A stretch of DNA of 59,512 nt, filler included, from Circinaria calcarea (GCA_051942165.1; 7 parts of 7 records of this genome joined end to end with filler, not necessarily neighbours in it); one strand, 5' to 3'; shown: positions 37,608 through 52,022, counted from the first letter of the whole stretch. Notes: generated by a model from the letters alone, not told the origin. Program-made: numbers and translations.

Positions 37608-38363
37608 GCTTGCTAGGACGCTGGCCGATAAAGAAATCGATTTCTACGAGTAGAGTATTTGGGAACATATGACTGTAAGAGCGGATATGAATCATTGATT
37701 GAGGTCAGGAAAACCAGGTGTTTCATAGAAATTTCTTGTTTTATCATGAGATGTGGCGGTAGACTATATGATTTATTAGAACAAGAAAGCCTTGGGCCTG
37801 CTTTTTCTCCGCGTCAAACCTACGAAGCACTTGATGAATGGTCAATCAGAAATAATATGAAGCTGAATTAACCTTCGCCTGGATCTACGCTAGGGGCAAG
37901 GCGCGCAATGTTAGGGCCCAAGGACACTCCATCTGGGCATGCGTGGAATTGGGTTACGAACTAAACTAGCTATCGGTGCTACAGGTTGACCCGAGCGGTC
38001 GAGGATCGATACCTGCAAAATGAACGGGTGGGTGGGAGAAGTGCTCCGGAGGCAAAGTGCCGAAGATAAGCAGGACGAAGCCCAGTAGCCGAAAGTCGTT
38101 GCCAGACTCTGATTAGTGCGACTGGCAACGGTATTTAGCTTGCGGAGTGGAGCGCAACGACTAGCACCGGGGGGGGCCACCCGTAGTGACAAACGCAAGG
38201 CTGCGAACGTTTACACCATCCGGCCTCAACAAGGTAGTAGTTCGATAGCACTATGTGCGAGAAACTCACTGGCTGAGTGCCAGACAAGACGCCGAGATTG
38301 CAGGAACGATGTTTTCATACGTGGCCAGGGGCGTACAGTATGCCCCTAGACCCAGGTAGGCCT

Positions 38364-38488
38364 TACGAAGGAGTTCGTATTTGGTCTTCCTATGGGCAGG
38401 CGGAATTACCATATGGTAAGCGAAAAGCCCCCCACATGTTTTGGGGGCGTATCGTGGAGACTACTATGTAAATACGAACTCCTTCGTA
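38364..38488. mobile_element. Possible Tc1/mariner-type MITE (121 bp, 17-bp TIRs, TA flanks)
   Basis: TA-CGAAGGAGTTCGTATTT at 38364-38382 and AAATACGAACTCCTTCG-TA at 38470-38488 are exact reverse complements. Confidence 0.5.
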
Positions 38489-39545
38489 GCATCCGATCGT
38501 TATCACGAACTTTCTCCATCCCATTTTCACGCTGTAATAAAGCGGCACGTCTATGACCTCCAAAGAGATGCATTGGACCGCACGAGGCCGACGTTGCATC
38601 GGCTTGACAGTTCGCAGCCATCCGTTTCTACTGTAGCTGCATGGGAAACACGAAGGAGTTTCGCATTTATTGAGCGATAGTCTGCCCGCATATATATAAT
38701 ATGTAGTGACCAATCAACTGCCTGGTATCTGCAGATCATATCAAGGAGTTCGTATCTTTTAAGCGATAACTTCTCACCACATTCCTGTTTTTGTGATACC
38801 TGTCACCCTGCAACTTCGCAACCACAGCACTCCAGTAGGTGTCGCTGAAGCGCCGGCCTCCCTGCACTGCATTTATGACACCAGGCTGCAGCTCCATGTG
38901 CTGGCCTCCGCATAACCCACTACCCATCTCGAATGCTGCACATCTGCCAAGCTCACCCAGAAGTTTTCGCCCGCGGCCTAGGCCCCGTCAAAGGATCGGA
39001 TCTACTGCGTGTAATCAGCAGCCTGGCACGGGCAGAAACCCAACCGCCAATGGATGCTCAGTAAAGATCCTTCTGCCGCTTCGAGGTTTGAGCTACACAA
39101 CGATTCCGTATGAGCTGATTCGTACTCGAGAAGCTCCTTCGAGACGGTTGCCCTTCCAAGTCGCTAAACCGAGACGGCTTATGCCGTGGAAAGTAACCAT
39201 CTTACATCGCGCAATCTCATGTTTGGACAACGACTATGCCTTTTATGCACCTGATTGACATGTGTCACGGGCCTTTGGGCTGGCCGGAGGTGTGGAAAGA
39301 AGCTGGCGAGGTGTAACATTATATGCAGAATGATACACGTCGTATGCGCGGGAACCTGGAGCTCGCCCCCAATAACGTGGGGTAGAAGATATTCGCATCA
39401 ACAGACCCATACATAAACGGGTACTACTTTTTGGATTATTTCACTTGTTATCTTTAAAAGTTATCGTCGCGTGAGTCCGTTGATCTTCTTGAAAAAGTTT
39501 GAACCAGTTGCTTCTGGTATCAATTATCCTTTCATCCGCTTGAAA

Positions 39546-41001
39546 ATGGTCCAGTCAAGTGGCGGAGTAATTGCCATAACTGTGGCTTTTACCTGTCTTG
39601 CTTTTATTTTTGTGGGACTCCGCGTATGGTCAAGGCGAGTGAAGAAACTAGACCTGGGCGCCGATGATGTTCTTATTCTGCTAGCTACGGTATGTCATTA
39701 ACAATGGAAATGGTAATGCGTCCAGCTGTTTAATTGACGAAGTTCTTCCATGTCCTGTGCCTGGCAATACCTATTATTATTCGTAAGTTCCACAGGCATT
39801 TTCCATTACCATATTAAAATTTCCCATCCATCTGATTTGAGTGTGGTCTAATACTCTGCATCAGTGTGCGCAGATGCCAACCTGGGTAACCATGTTCAGA
39901 GAACACCTGATGGGAACCCAATTCCTCCATCATACTTATTCAACGTAGTAAGAGTCCCAGAGATCTTCAACCACCCATTTGTTGTACTGATTGGATCCTT
40001 CAAGCTTCAAAGAATCTTCGAAACAACCCATGTCATACCCATAACTCTAGCCAAATGCAGCATCCTATTTTTCTACAAGCGAATTTTCCGCGGTCCCATC
40101 TTCGAAGCAAGTGTATGGACTTCTATCACCCTAGCGATTGTCTGGGGCGTCAGCTTCTTCTTCGCCGTACTTTTTCTCTGCACACCCGTTTCTACCGTCG
40201 TTCAACACGGTCCTTCTGCGCCAGGCGTTTCTTGCATCAACGTACTCCAAGTCTACTACTCGCTTGCCATCTCAGATTTCATCATCGACTTCATTATCTT
40301 GGCTATCCCTATCCCATTCGTATGGCGCTTACAAATGCCACCGAGGCATAAGCTCGCTGTATCTGCAATCTTCCTTCTAGGCTGCTTGTGAGTGTTGTCA
40401 TCCCGTTCGAGGCTTTGTAGGCTCCGTAGCTATTGACTCGCAAAGAGGTTAACCTTCGTCAACAGGGCAATTGCAGCTAGCATTACACGAATGGTCACCT
40501 TTATCAACGCTGCCAACCTCCCTCCAGATAAGCAAGTGGATTATACCTGTATAACTCATCTTCTAGCTTCATCCCATAACATGACCCACTAACCCCCCTT
40601 CACCAGACTACACCGCCATAACTTTTTACTGGACCGCCATCGAAGCCTCCCTCGCCATCACGAGCGCCTGCCTCCCAACCCTCCGTCCTCTATTCCAAGG
40701 TTTCTCCCCCGAATCCATCATCAACTCCTTCCGCAGCGCCATCCGAAGCAACCGCAGGACTGGCAGCAGTAAGCAGAGTGAGGCTAGCAACGGCAGCCAG
40801 CAGGGCAACTTCAGCGCAGCGTGGAATCATAAAGAGACAAACTCCTCATCAATGAGGCTCCACCAAACAGAAATGAGTAGTCACAACTCGGAGGCTACGG
40901 TGGATGGAATCGCGCTGCATGAGGTGCCTAAGGGGATGAGTCGGAACAAGGATGGGATTTTGGTGCAGACGAGCTTTGCGACGGGGAATGAGGCTGTTTA
41001 G
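39546..41001 (+). CDS. PTH11-like (SAT4/rhodopsin-domain) integral membrane protein
   Basis: FVGLRVWSR..LGADDVLI, AKCSILFFYKRIF, DFIILAIPIPFVWRLQM..KLAVSAIFLLG and WTAIEASLAITSACLPTLRP. Multi-exon. Confidence 0.9.
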
Positions 41002-42597
41002 GATGAAAGGGAGGGGGACTTGAAAGAGTGATTGGACACAGATGTGCGCCTGATGAGAGGTCTCCCAGCAACCTAGCTTCTTGTCACGACTCAGCCCCGT
41101 GCCATTCCATTCAAGCTACTATGGCTCACCGCACACACGTGGCTCGCATAGAGCATTCAGGGTCCCCACATGGTCCTTCCTTTCCACAAAGGCTATGGAA
41201 TACTACCAATTGTTTGATACGTGTGTGAAACGGCTGTGGATTTGCTACGTGGGAGACTTGCTACTCATATACACGAATGACACTAACGCTACGTCTAATA
41301 CGGTCCATAGGGGCGAGTTCCAACGCCAATCCATACGTGACGTCACTTGCAAATCGCAACTGTGCCTACAATATCGCACTTTCCAACGCATATACAATAT
41401 CACGCCCCAAGTCCAAACAGAACCCAGACCTACCCCTTTTTCCTTTCTCCTTTCTAACAAGCCCCCCCGTAGCCGAAGGGTTTCCTTGCTTTCCTTTCCT
41501 TTCCTTGCAAGCGAGTATATAGGCAACTTGGTACCCCACCCGCTCCTACCCCTATCCCTACCCCTACCCCTCTAATCTCTTCCCGAAGTAGTAAAGTACC
41601 AAGCGGTAGCAAGAAAAACCCGATAAAAAAAACCGAAAAGTATGGAAATTACTACTGAGAGATGGAAAGGGGGTTTGGGTTCCGCGTGCATGACTTTCTT
41701 TGGTTTAAAATTGGCATGCTTTATATCTTCCTCTATCAATTTCCCTGTAAGGATCCTTTACGAATAGTATGATGATCTTACGAATAAAGGGTCGGTAAAC
41801 TGTGTGATAATGTGCTCAATTGGGTTCGCATAGCGTATAAATTATCGCTAAAGAATTCTGGTGTGACGCTTCGCGAGGAAAACCCTTCTCGCTAAGCTAA
41901 TACCTCGTGACCTCGGTGTATAATTCACCCGTCGGGTTCGTAGGGGGTTCTCGGGTAGAGCCCTTGTAATTATTTTAAAGAATAATATCCGCTTTTCATC
42001 TCGCCAATAATCATACCACGTTTCTATGCCGGCTTTTTTTTTTCAAGAACATATAATAGCTTCGAGCCCCCGCCCTCAGCACCGTCGTTAAATATAAATT
42101 TTTTAAATTTGGAATCTAATTAATATTTCCTCCCTCTTTTGGCTCTTCCGGTATAATTGGTGCTTTCCCGCGAGATTAATAATATTGCAGGTCTGAAATG
42201 GCCTAATTCTTTTATGAGCTTAACTCTCCAGGTACTTATATATAGCGCGCTCGTTAGGGAATGTTTATTAGAATACCCGATGCTCTAATTAAATTCCTTT
42301 ATCTTTTTCGGTGTTACTGAGGGGACACCCACTGAGTTATCCGGAAACCTTTGAAAGCCGTTTCGCGTAGATGCAGTATCTTTGCGAGAAGCTTGGGTAT
42401 GGAACGGGTTTTGTGCGCATAATTAACTCTTAGACGGTGGATGCGAAGCCAAAATGCAAGCGCAAAGTTTGAATTATCTGGGTAAGATTTTTTTGTGNNN
42501 NNNNNNNNNNNNNNNNNNNNNNNNNNNNNNNNNNNNNNNNNTTAATTAATTAANNNNNNNNNNNNNNNNNNNNNNNNNNNNNNNNNNNNNNNNNNNN

Positions 42598-43495
42598 AAA
42601 GGAGGCAAAAAAGAAAGTCAAGGAGGACAAAAAAGCGGGAAAGCTGGCAAGGAAAGCTGGGGTGTACCAATCGACTGGGACTCATAGCTCCGGAACTCTT
42701 GACAATCCTCAGAACACGGCGTCTTCCTTGGATAAGGGTAAGGGAAAAGAAAAGGCCATCAGTGGGAGTATGTCAGATCCAGATTTGTCGTTCCGACCGA
42801 GCAAGTCAACACCTAGCGGAAGTTTGTCTAGCAGCAACCCCCAGGTCTATCTTGAAAGGAGTCGTGCTCAGCTTCAGCCTAACGATGGCTCGCAGACAAC
42901 ACAGCCCTACGGACCGAACCTCTACAAACCATCACATCTGCGGACTCTGTCTAATGCGTCATCATCAGCATCTTCTATCATGGATCAGGTCTCAGGCTAT
43001 CGGGAGAGAAGTGGTTCGTATTCTTCTCTTGACGCCTCTCCGAACGCCAGTGGTATCAACCTCTTGCATGGTGACCATTCCGGGGGCGAAGTGGGCACGG
43101 AGATGATGTTTAACTTCAGAAGTCTGGCTGCGATGATCGGAGATGACGAGAAGTCGGAGAAGAGAGGCTTCTCGGAGTATACCGAGGAGGTTATTGACGA
43201 CACAGAACAACGGGATCAACGTGGAGGAAGCTCCAGTGGAATCACAGCGTCTGGGGAGCGCAAAGAGAGCGCCGCTACACTGAAGCAAAGCAATCCGAGG
43301 CTGAGAGCCGAAAATGTGCCCGACGTGGGTGATACAGGTTTGGATAAATGGCCCACGGTTCATCGGTCTGATGGAGAACCTGGGATCGACTGTGGCAGGA
43401 GCGATGTAGGGGCTGCGACTGTGGAGGGTACGCAGCGAGCGACGGGTGGCGTATCAAGAAACATGCTTGGTATGGATAGGGTACAGTTCGGATAA
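42598..43495 (+). CDS. C-terminal fragment of a low-complexity hypothetical protein
   Basis: Frame of about 900 bp starting near the contig edge, Ser-rich with DKGKGKEK. No recognisable domain. Confidence 0.4.
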
Positions 43496-45687
43496 TCACT
43501 GGGAACAAGAGGGCTAGCGAACTTGACTACGTTGAGCGGATGACTTGGCGGGTGGTGGCAATCTGGAATGGATCTTCTGAGTAATGAATGCATTATGGGG
43601 GTTTACTCTCCGGGGGGCTTCTCTAGATAGGTAGGCGTTTAGAACCGATGTTACGGAACGAGTGGGAGGTCGCCAGTGTAAGGATACGAGCAATACCGAG
43701 TCTCCCTAGTGAAACACCGTGCAAGCATGCCCGAGCCGGCATGTTTAGGCGAGGGATGACAGGCTTATGTCATCATCCCGGGCAAACCATCGACCTGCAC
43801 TTCCAGGCGGATGAGACAGGGCCATGCCTCTCGTCATTCTACTGTGTACTGGGACGGTGGACAGAGTGCTGACTCGACTATGCACCGTGTGGAAGAGTCG
43901 CACGCTTTGGTTCTGTGCAGAGGTACCTTCTCAAACCGGAGTGGATATCCCTCTCTCACTCACCGCAAGTTTCAGCTGCATGGGGATACCATCCCTCCCT
44001 CAGACGACTTCATGCCATTATGTGGGGTGGCCGTTATAGATGCGCTCGACAGTCGACTGGAACGCAGATTCCTTAGACCGGTCTCTGCTTACTCGGTGTT
44101 CTAGCGGGCTCGGCGCTCATCCTTGCCTCTCAGCTTTGAGCATCGTATCGGTAGGCAAGCTCGAGTCAGAAAACCAATGCATGTCAGGAATGCCCGTCTG
44201 TCACCTCTGCATACATGTATCCGGTGCATCTTTTCGCCCACTCGCCTTGGATGGATGAGATTTGCCTGTGGCGGCAACATGCCTCCTTTTCCAGCCCTGC
44301 CGTCAAGAGGCTGGCTGATATTCAGGCTCATCACCGAAAACGTCCGTCATGGCGTCGTGGCGGGCGACGAGGATGGTGCGGTGTCGTGCGTGGTATTTGG
44401 ACGAGGAATAGTGCTTATATCTCTCGCCGTAGCCAGGAATAACCTTTCTCGTTCCCTCGGATCACCTTCGACTCGTCTCGTTTCAGCCCATCTCCCATCT
44501 ATAATGTGACATCGCCGGCGGATTCAAAACTCAGTTGAAGCGGCTAAGCTCTTTGCGGGATTTGGTTACCGTTTCACCCTTTGGCGATCGTCAGCCACGT
44601 TCAGAATGTTTCCAAGGACTTCCCGGACGCTGAGGCACTATCAACTGGCAATGACTCTGGGGTCCAGGACTAGGATCCGAAGGTGTGGGATCAAGGCTCC
44701 CTTGCCGCCATGATGAGGCTTCGGGTCTTATAGAGATACATCGGTAAGGCTCGGTTGACGGTGAAACGTGAGAGTCGTTGCGTTCATCGATGGCGAGATT
44801 GCGAAGGCGGCCGTGGAGCGGTGATTGCTCCTTCCAGCCCTACGGAGTATAGCCCGGCATACTTCTCATGCAAAACGGTGGCGCTCTCCGGTACTATTCC
44901 AAGCATCGTCAAGCTGGAGTGCCAGATGACGAGAAACAAGGTATGTCGTCTTACATCGGTTGGGTACCTACCTTATCGGCCTGCTTGCTTCCGAAGGTGA
45001 GAAAATGCTAGCTGCATCTAAGCCGACTGTTGTGGTTAGACGACCAGAGTAACTAGGGCCTAGCGGTGAGTCATGATCCTTACTGCAAGCTACAACTCGA
45101 GCAGTCCAACATGACCAAGTGTGGGTCATTCGGCTCGTATTCTACGAATCCCCAGCACTAGTGTCCATTGGGCATCAGCTGATCTAGAGAGCTCAGAGGG
45201 GCTAGGAAGAGTGATACACTGAACCCCGGCCTACTCTCTCTCGCCTCTTGATTTGGGGCTGAGGGGTGGTCGAGACGGAGCCAAGCCTGGATCCATGTGC
45301 CGCATCATTACGGTGGTCCTTTGTTCTTGTCGACAAATTGACACTTGGCGCTGCACAGAACCGCAATGCCATGCTTACCAAATCAAGGATCATCTATGAT
45401 CATAGCATACTCTCGTGGTAAACCAGGCAAAGCCCAAGTAACGTCCGCTAAATGCCTAGACAGTTTCAAAAGTCATCATCAGCAAGGGACACTGTTTGAA
45501 TAGAGAATGATTGTGCAGTACACTTCACCATAGTGTCTTCTACAATACAATGCATAGTATAACCCGACGGCCTCGCCACGCATAGATCGCACATACGTCA
45601 GCACACTCTCCATACAATGCTACGCGCCCAGATCCTACTTTGTGGATGCTTCCCATGGTAAATTAATCTAATCATGCTGATAGCTTC

Positions 45688-45722
45688 ATTTAGTTCACAT
45701 TTAGTTCACATTTAGTTCACAT
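45688..45722. repeat. 11-bp tandem repeat (TTTAGTTCACA x3)
   Basis: Directly visible in the sequence. Confidence 0.85.
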
Positions 45723-46671
45723 TATTAGTGAATTGTCTCGTCACCCTCCACTTCTTTTCCGCGCACCTTTTGACCAATTTCATCCCCCTTATTCAAAAGC
45801 TCGAGCCTGGAAACCCTTCTTGTCAATGTATGGCATGCATATTCCACTTATTATAAATATGATATCAATGTTAGGGGATCCAAAAATCCACGGATGTTAA
45901 TTACATACAACGCCGAATCTCGAAGCTCACCTAGAGCACTGAATGTTATATCGAGTATTCTCTTCGCATTTGAAATTTCATTGGATATACTATTTGTTTG
46001 GACTGCTTTTCATATATATAACGGGAGGGACTCTAATATACATATGACATTAGTGACTTGGCGTGGCAGCAGGTACTAAAAGGCATTAGATTGCGATAAT
46101 ACAAATATTAATTCCTAATATTTATTCGTATTGTTATTAGAAAAATAGCCGACACTCTGAATCACCAGATTCATTCAGACATCCTAGGTGGAATGAATCG
46201 CTTTTTAAATTTTCTATCATTACATTCTCCAAAACCGATATAAGAAGCATCGCAAGTTCTGTGGATGGGGATATCGTAAGGAGATTTTTGAACTTGGTTT
46301 ACGCATGACCCAAGATTCTTCGAGGTAGCGAAGACGGTCATACCAGATTTACGTCCGGACCAACGCGTCGTGCAGCACAACAACCCTAGGATCCCAGACC
46401 TCCTAGTGGTGACAAACCCCATGAGGCTACCGTCTTTGGTAGATTTGTCCCAGCCCACCGCTGAAGAGCGAGCCGTGCAGCAAATACTTGCTGCTAGATT
46501 ACAATCCCAAGTCGTGCTCAATCGTAACAATCCAGATACGGGCCCACGTGAGCGCACCGCCAAAGGTTGTTGAGGCCTGGCGTGAGGTGCTGGGTATGTA
46601 ACCGATCTGAATTCGACCGAAAGGGGCCTCTGATTCATGTGTTGCAGGCCCTCCCCCAATCGAAGCAGCCG

Positions 46672-46965
46672 CAACAACAGCAAAGACAACAGCAGCAAAG
46701 ACAACAGCAGCAAAGACAACAGCAGCAAAGACAACAGCAGCAAAGACAACAGCAGTAAAGACAACAGCAGCAAAGATAACAACAGCAAAGACAACAGCAG
46801 TAAAGACAACAGCAGCAAAGACAACAGCAGCAAAGACAACAACAGCAAAGACAACAGCAGTAAAGACAACAGCAGCAAAGACAACAGCAGCAAAGACAAC
46901 AGCAGCAAAGACAACAGCAGCAAAGACAACAGCAGCAAAGACAACAGCAGCAAAGACAACAACAG
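46672..46965. repeat. 15-bp minisatellite CAGCAGCAAAGACAA, about 19 copies
   Basis: Directly visible. It produces the SSKDN, QQQRQ, LLLLS and VVFAA repeat ORFs in the track. Confidence 0.95.
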
Positions 46966-49900
46966 GAACCACAATAAGCGCCGTGTTTATAAAATCAAGA
47001 GCAAGCTTCGGCAGCAAGCGCAGATCAATCCTCCTTATTCAAGCTACCCCGAAGGGTTTTACCGGGATGACGAGCTCCCCATCTCAGATGACACCCAAAA
47101 ACGAGTAAGACACGATAGCAAGTCACCAACTGCCTCTACCATTGCCACGATGCCGTCCAAGGCTCCTGTTATCTGCGACGGCTCCTGTTATCTCCGACGG
47201 CTCCTACTTTGCCTAGAGCGCAGCTGTCGTCATCGCAGGGAATGCAGCGCGAGACAACATATGTCCTCCCATCCCAAGGTATGGCCAGAGTACCCTCGCA
47301 GCAGCCCTGCCACCTCACAGCCATTTCGCGGCCACCAATTCCCCGGTCAGCCAATGCCGATAAAGAACCAGACCTGCTCAGCAGGAACGACCGCGTCACC
47401 CAGGCCGCGCGTTTGAACAGGCTCGAATCGGCCCGGAGGGTTGATCTTCAAATTGAGTGGCAAAAGCGGACAGGCCAAGATCCGTTGTCCAGCTACTGTG
47501 CTATCGACTAGCAGCAGCGCCGCTCAAGAGAATACTGGGTCAGTGGCGAATGCAAAAGACCCCGTCATTGTCGGAACAGAGAGAACATCCCTGCACGAGA
47601 AAGGTCGTGCTACCGAATCTAGATTTGGGGCAGCTGCAGCTTGAGATGAATCGTGTACGCAGCGAGCAAAATCGACTTGGAAAGGAGTTAGATTGAGGAA
47701 CCAATCTGGTAAGGACAACGTAGTATATGGCAAAAAGCTAGAGGTAGAGGCTGTTAGCGTGGGCAAGGGAATAGCTTCCCCAACGTGGCAATAGGTCTTT
47801 CGATGAACTGGAATTTCGAAGTCAACAAGTACCCTCGATCTTCTGCGAAATTCCCCCTCCCCGGTCAATGGGGCAGCGATGACCGTAATAAAGCACCATG
47901 CACGATTACAAGAAAAAGAGCTGCAGAAAAGATGAAGGAGGAGATTCGAGAGGAGATAAGGAAAGGATAGATTAAATAGGAGGACAAAAAGTAATTGTCC
48001 GAATAGATAGATAGGCACCACCAGGTCTAGATAGATAACCCTAAGGTTTAAAAAAGCATAACAACCACGAAAAATCTCCTTTACGTGACTTTTCCAATCC
48101 CGGCCATGACAGCATCAACCGTTTTCCCCGAAACGACCACACTTGCCTTACCTTGCCTTGCCTTGCCTGTCCTGTTTTGCAAGTAGACAGGGGCGAAATC
48201 AGCACGTAAGTAAGTGCCAATGAAATTCACAAAAGGTATACGCACGAGATCAACCTGGCACTCCTTCGGTTGTTTTTGCCCCAATGAAAGCCCCAGAATA
48301 AGCAATTGCGTTGACTTTATCTATAATAGCGGGGGTTTACCGTTTGATATCGAGCAAAAAAAGCATGCCCCTTGAAGCCTTGTGTGTCTGTCTTTGATAG
48401 GCTTACTATTAAAAAAAAGTTCAATGTATGACCTTTCCCCCCCCCCAAGAAAGAGAGCTTGCGGGAGCGGGTGAAACTGAAGAGGAAAAAAGGAAACCTT
48501 GGAAGCGATGCCGAGGAAGAAAGGGAAGGAAAAGGGAGAAAAATCGGTGTAGGAATAAGCCCGTATTTTTCGATTAAATAGAAAATAAGATTAATTAAAA
48601 CACCATAGCTTTCCTAGGTAGAGACCCCCTGCAAAGAAAAACGACAACGTCCCGTAGCCTGCATTTTACTGTTTCTTTGATTTACCCCCCCCCCCCTTCT
48701 TTTTTGGAACCGAGACGGGGGAAAAAAAGCCATTGGCCCCCCGGATTCCATCTAGCCACGTGTGTCGCGCGGTAGACGGATTTAAAGGCCGGCCTTGGGG
48801 GCTGGAGAGGAGAACCAATCACCTCGACCCCATCACTGGCATTGCACTCACATAGCCGCAGCCGCAAGCATCGAAGGTCTCCGTCCACAGGATTTCCTCC
48901 GCTCCCCGTTGTTCACATCGGAGCTCGAGTTCCTTATCTCATCTAGAGGGGTGGGATTGCCGAATATACGCCATGTTATATCTGTGCCCCATTTCGTTGA
49001 TAGCCTTTTCGAAGAGGAACAGGCGAAATGGGAGCGGAGGGCACAGATGGGGTGGGTAGATGGCAAGGGGGACTTTGCAAATCCTCTTCATGGTACCCCT
49101 TCTGAGTTTCGAGCTTGAGAGTTGGGGGATATATCCCGCTCCGAGGGGTTTTTCCATTCCAAACCCCGTGGAATTTGGATGCTAGGTAGTCGCCCATCCT
49201 GTAAATAGGCAAAGCACAAGTACACATACGCCCCGAGCCCCAGCCTCGTATGCACCGAGAAATCCCTTGTCCAAGTGACCCCCGTAGCCTTCGTGACGAA
49301 CTTGAGATAGGATCTCCAATCCCCATTGCCTCAAATGTGAGTCCCGCTCAAGGGGAGCTGCGAAATGACATCTTTTCCAGGAGCGGGGGGATCTGCTTCC
49401 CTTGCGCTTGCGTGCAACCTATGCATCTGCCTTTGCATGATCAATTAGTATAAGCGGGGGCCGTCGGCAGCTGACGCCACGTCCTCCGTTTCCTGCAAGA
49501 GGTGCCAAACCTTCGGGGTTGAAGCGCTGTGTTCTCGCATCTTTGGGATAGTGCCAGCGTGGGGATGACGGCTCGAGCGATGCCGAAGAACTCCTCGGCG
49601 TGGGTAATGAGGTTGATGAACGTGTCTATCTCGTTGTCCCCGATGGAGGTATTCGGGTTTAGTATGTTGGTGTTGAAAGGTTGCAAGTAGAAGCTGGACA
49701 GTGGGTGCGCTCCAGCACCAATTGTATCTTTGTACTAGACTGCGCCAAAGGGACTGGGTTGAAATGTGATCGGTGATGCTATTGTGAGCCTGTGTGGGCT
49801 TTCATGCTAGCCGTGGAAAGTAGTCGTTTGTAGGGTCCTTGTAAAATCCGTTCATGCAAAGGGTATAAGCATGTGTCGATCCGTAAGTAAGGGATAACGG

Positions 49901-50207
49901 ATACTCGAAACTAATGATGAGACAAATAAATGACGAAACATTGCAGATCAGAATCTTGCACTGGCGACAACCACAATCAAATACAAAGACTCGCCAGATA
50001 ATGCTCCAGTAGCCACAAGTGTTCGAAGGCTGGTGTGCCCTGAGAAGGTTATATTGATCATTAATAGTAGTGTAGTGGATGAAATTGCCAGTCGACCGTA
50101 AAGCTTAATGATTGGAGCCTTATCCAAGAAACCCATGGCATATATACATTGTATGCAAAAAGAGGCTGCCTCATACGCTAACTCAGTTGTCCGACTGCTG
50201 TCCCAAC

Positions 50208-51010
50208 CTACTTTTTCTCCACAGCCTCGAGATCTGCCCCAGTTACACCGCTTGCCCCAACAACATCTTCGATAGTTTCATCGCTAAAGACAAGGTCATC
50301 CTCTAACGGTACGGTATCTCTAACCTTCCATAAAATCACCGGCACTGCAATGATCAAGCCTCCCACAAGTAGCGCCCAGTTGGCAGCGAATTGGTTCATA
50401 TAAGGTGCTTTGAGAGCATCGACTCGATATGCGATGGCGGCGCCTGCCGATTGAATACCTAAGCTTTTGTATTAGCATTGCTTCCTGATAACTCGCTCGT
50501 TACAAGAGATTTACCCTTATAAAACCCGGCCATATTAGCGAGTTTACGGGAGTTGTTCGTTAAGCTTCCCATCAACCAATAAATCGAGACCTGCCATGCA
50601 GCTATGAAGATTGAGTAAGCACAAATTTGCCATGATTAGCAGGCTAGCTTACCATCAAAGAAGCCATAGCACATGTATAACACCAGTGGACCTAGAGGAC
50701 AGTCAGCGACGATCAACTGTATACGTTGTTGACATTTCCATACCTCCATAACCTCTTGTGGTCCAATCGTCCTTTACGTAATTGTCCGCGGAGACCTCAT
50801 CTCGGGTATATTGCTTTTGCCAAGCGTAGCCGCCTCCCCATATGCTCATAGTGAGTACAAAAAGCGCTACCAAAAGTACTTTAGCTCGTGTGGATCTGCG
50901 AATGCTCTTGATGTCAAGGGCGGATCCAAAGACATATGCTCCGATAATCTGACTCGTCCAGTAAAGAACACCGTTCAGTGCCCTTGTTCTCGTGTTGAAC
51001 TTTGCTAGGT
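50208..51010 (-). CDS. UNC-93-like MFS transporter, C-terminal part (5' end cut by gap)
   Basis: FNTRTRALNGVLYWTSQIIGA, IWGGGYAWQK, LYMCYGFFD/AAWQVSIYWLMGSLTNNSRKLANMAGFYKG/IQSAGAAIAYRVD. Confidence 0.88.
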
Positions 51011-52022
51011 NNNNNNNNNNNNNNNNNNNNNNNNNNNNNNNNNNNNNNNNNNNNTTAATTAATTAANNNNNNNNNNNNNNNNNNNNNNNNNNNNNNNNNN
51101 NNNNNNNNNNAATGTTGGTTGGTCCCCCAGCCCAGACAGAGAAACACCACCACCCCAGGGAGTTCGGAAAACTGTTGGAAGTTGCTGCCGTTTCAGCGCG
51201 CCCCCCTTCCGATCGAACTTCCCTCATGCGCCACCGTCCCTATGTACTATACTCTCACGATCGGTTAGGAGAAATCCAATCTCCCCTCCTTCTAGTCAGT
51301 TCTGTCCCTTTCCTACCGCACAGCCCAGTAGATCCCTAATTTAAAAAAAAAAACATCCCCTCCGTTGGAAACTAAACCGGGAGCCCCCCCTTTGAGCCTT
51401 ATGGGAATAGGGATTCCCCTTACACACACAGAGGGAGGGGCTCTTTCGCTCCTCCCCACCCTGACCAACCAACACCCAAAAAGCTTCCTTCGCGTCAAAA
51501 AGTGCTTCCCGGAATCAAAGCCGGTGTTGTAATGGGGCTGAAGGTTCTACATACTTTCTTCCCACAATGTATTCGGGACGAGTTTGTGCGAGTTGTAGCG
51601 CGCAGAATTGGGGAAGTTCGCCTCAGCCCCGTCTGCTGGAGAGGCGTGAAGAAGGGGGCCCGCCTTAACCAACAAAGATCCCTCCTCACAGAGAGGATCG
51701 TAGCGATAGCTTGTTTCTACAGAACGTTGGGGTTGGGGGGCATTGTCCGTAGTTTCGGTGCGTTGTAGCTTCTTATATAATGCTCACGTCCTGCCCGTCT
51801 ATTCTCAATCATTAGAGACCGGCGCTCCATTCAGCAAATACAAAAAAGCATTCTTATAGATAAACCCCCCAAAAAATAACAGATTTCACTTCCTCGCAAT
51901 CTACCCCAGTCGTTCACAGATTTCTATCGCTTTTTCCCGTTTTAGATCACACGTCCAGTCTCTTCTTTCCAGCTTATCAATCTTTCCAATCTCCCTCACG
52001 TTAAACCCACAGATCAGGCATC

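Noticed and set aside
41580..42497. AT-rich contig end as a RIP-degraded transposon
   Set aside because: No transposase, reverse transcriptase or terminal repeat motif could be recognised.
46171..47017. Leu-rich and VVFAA-repeat membrane-like ORFs on the minus strand
   Set aside because: Translations of the 15-bp minisatellite with no independent coding evidence.
47400..49700. Scattered short ORFs as a mobile element or protease relic
   Set aside because: Frames are broken and no family motif was identifiable by eye.
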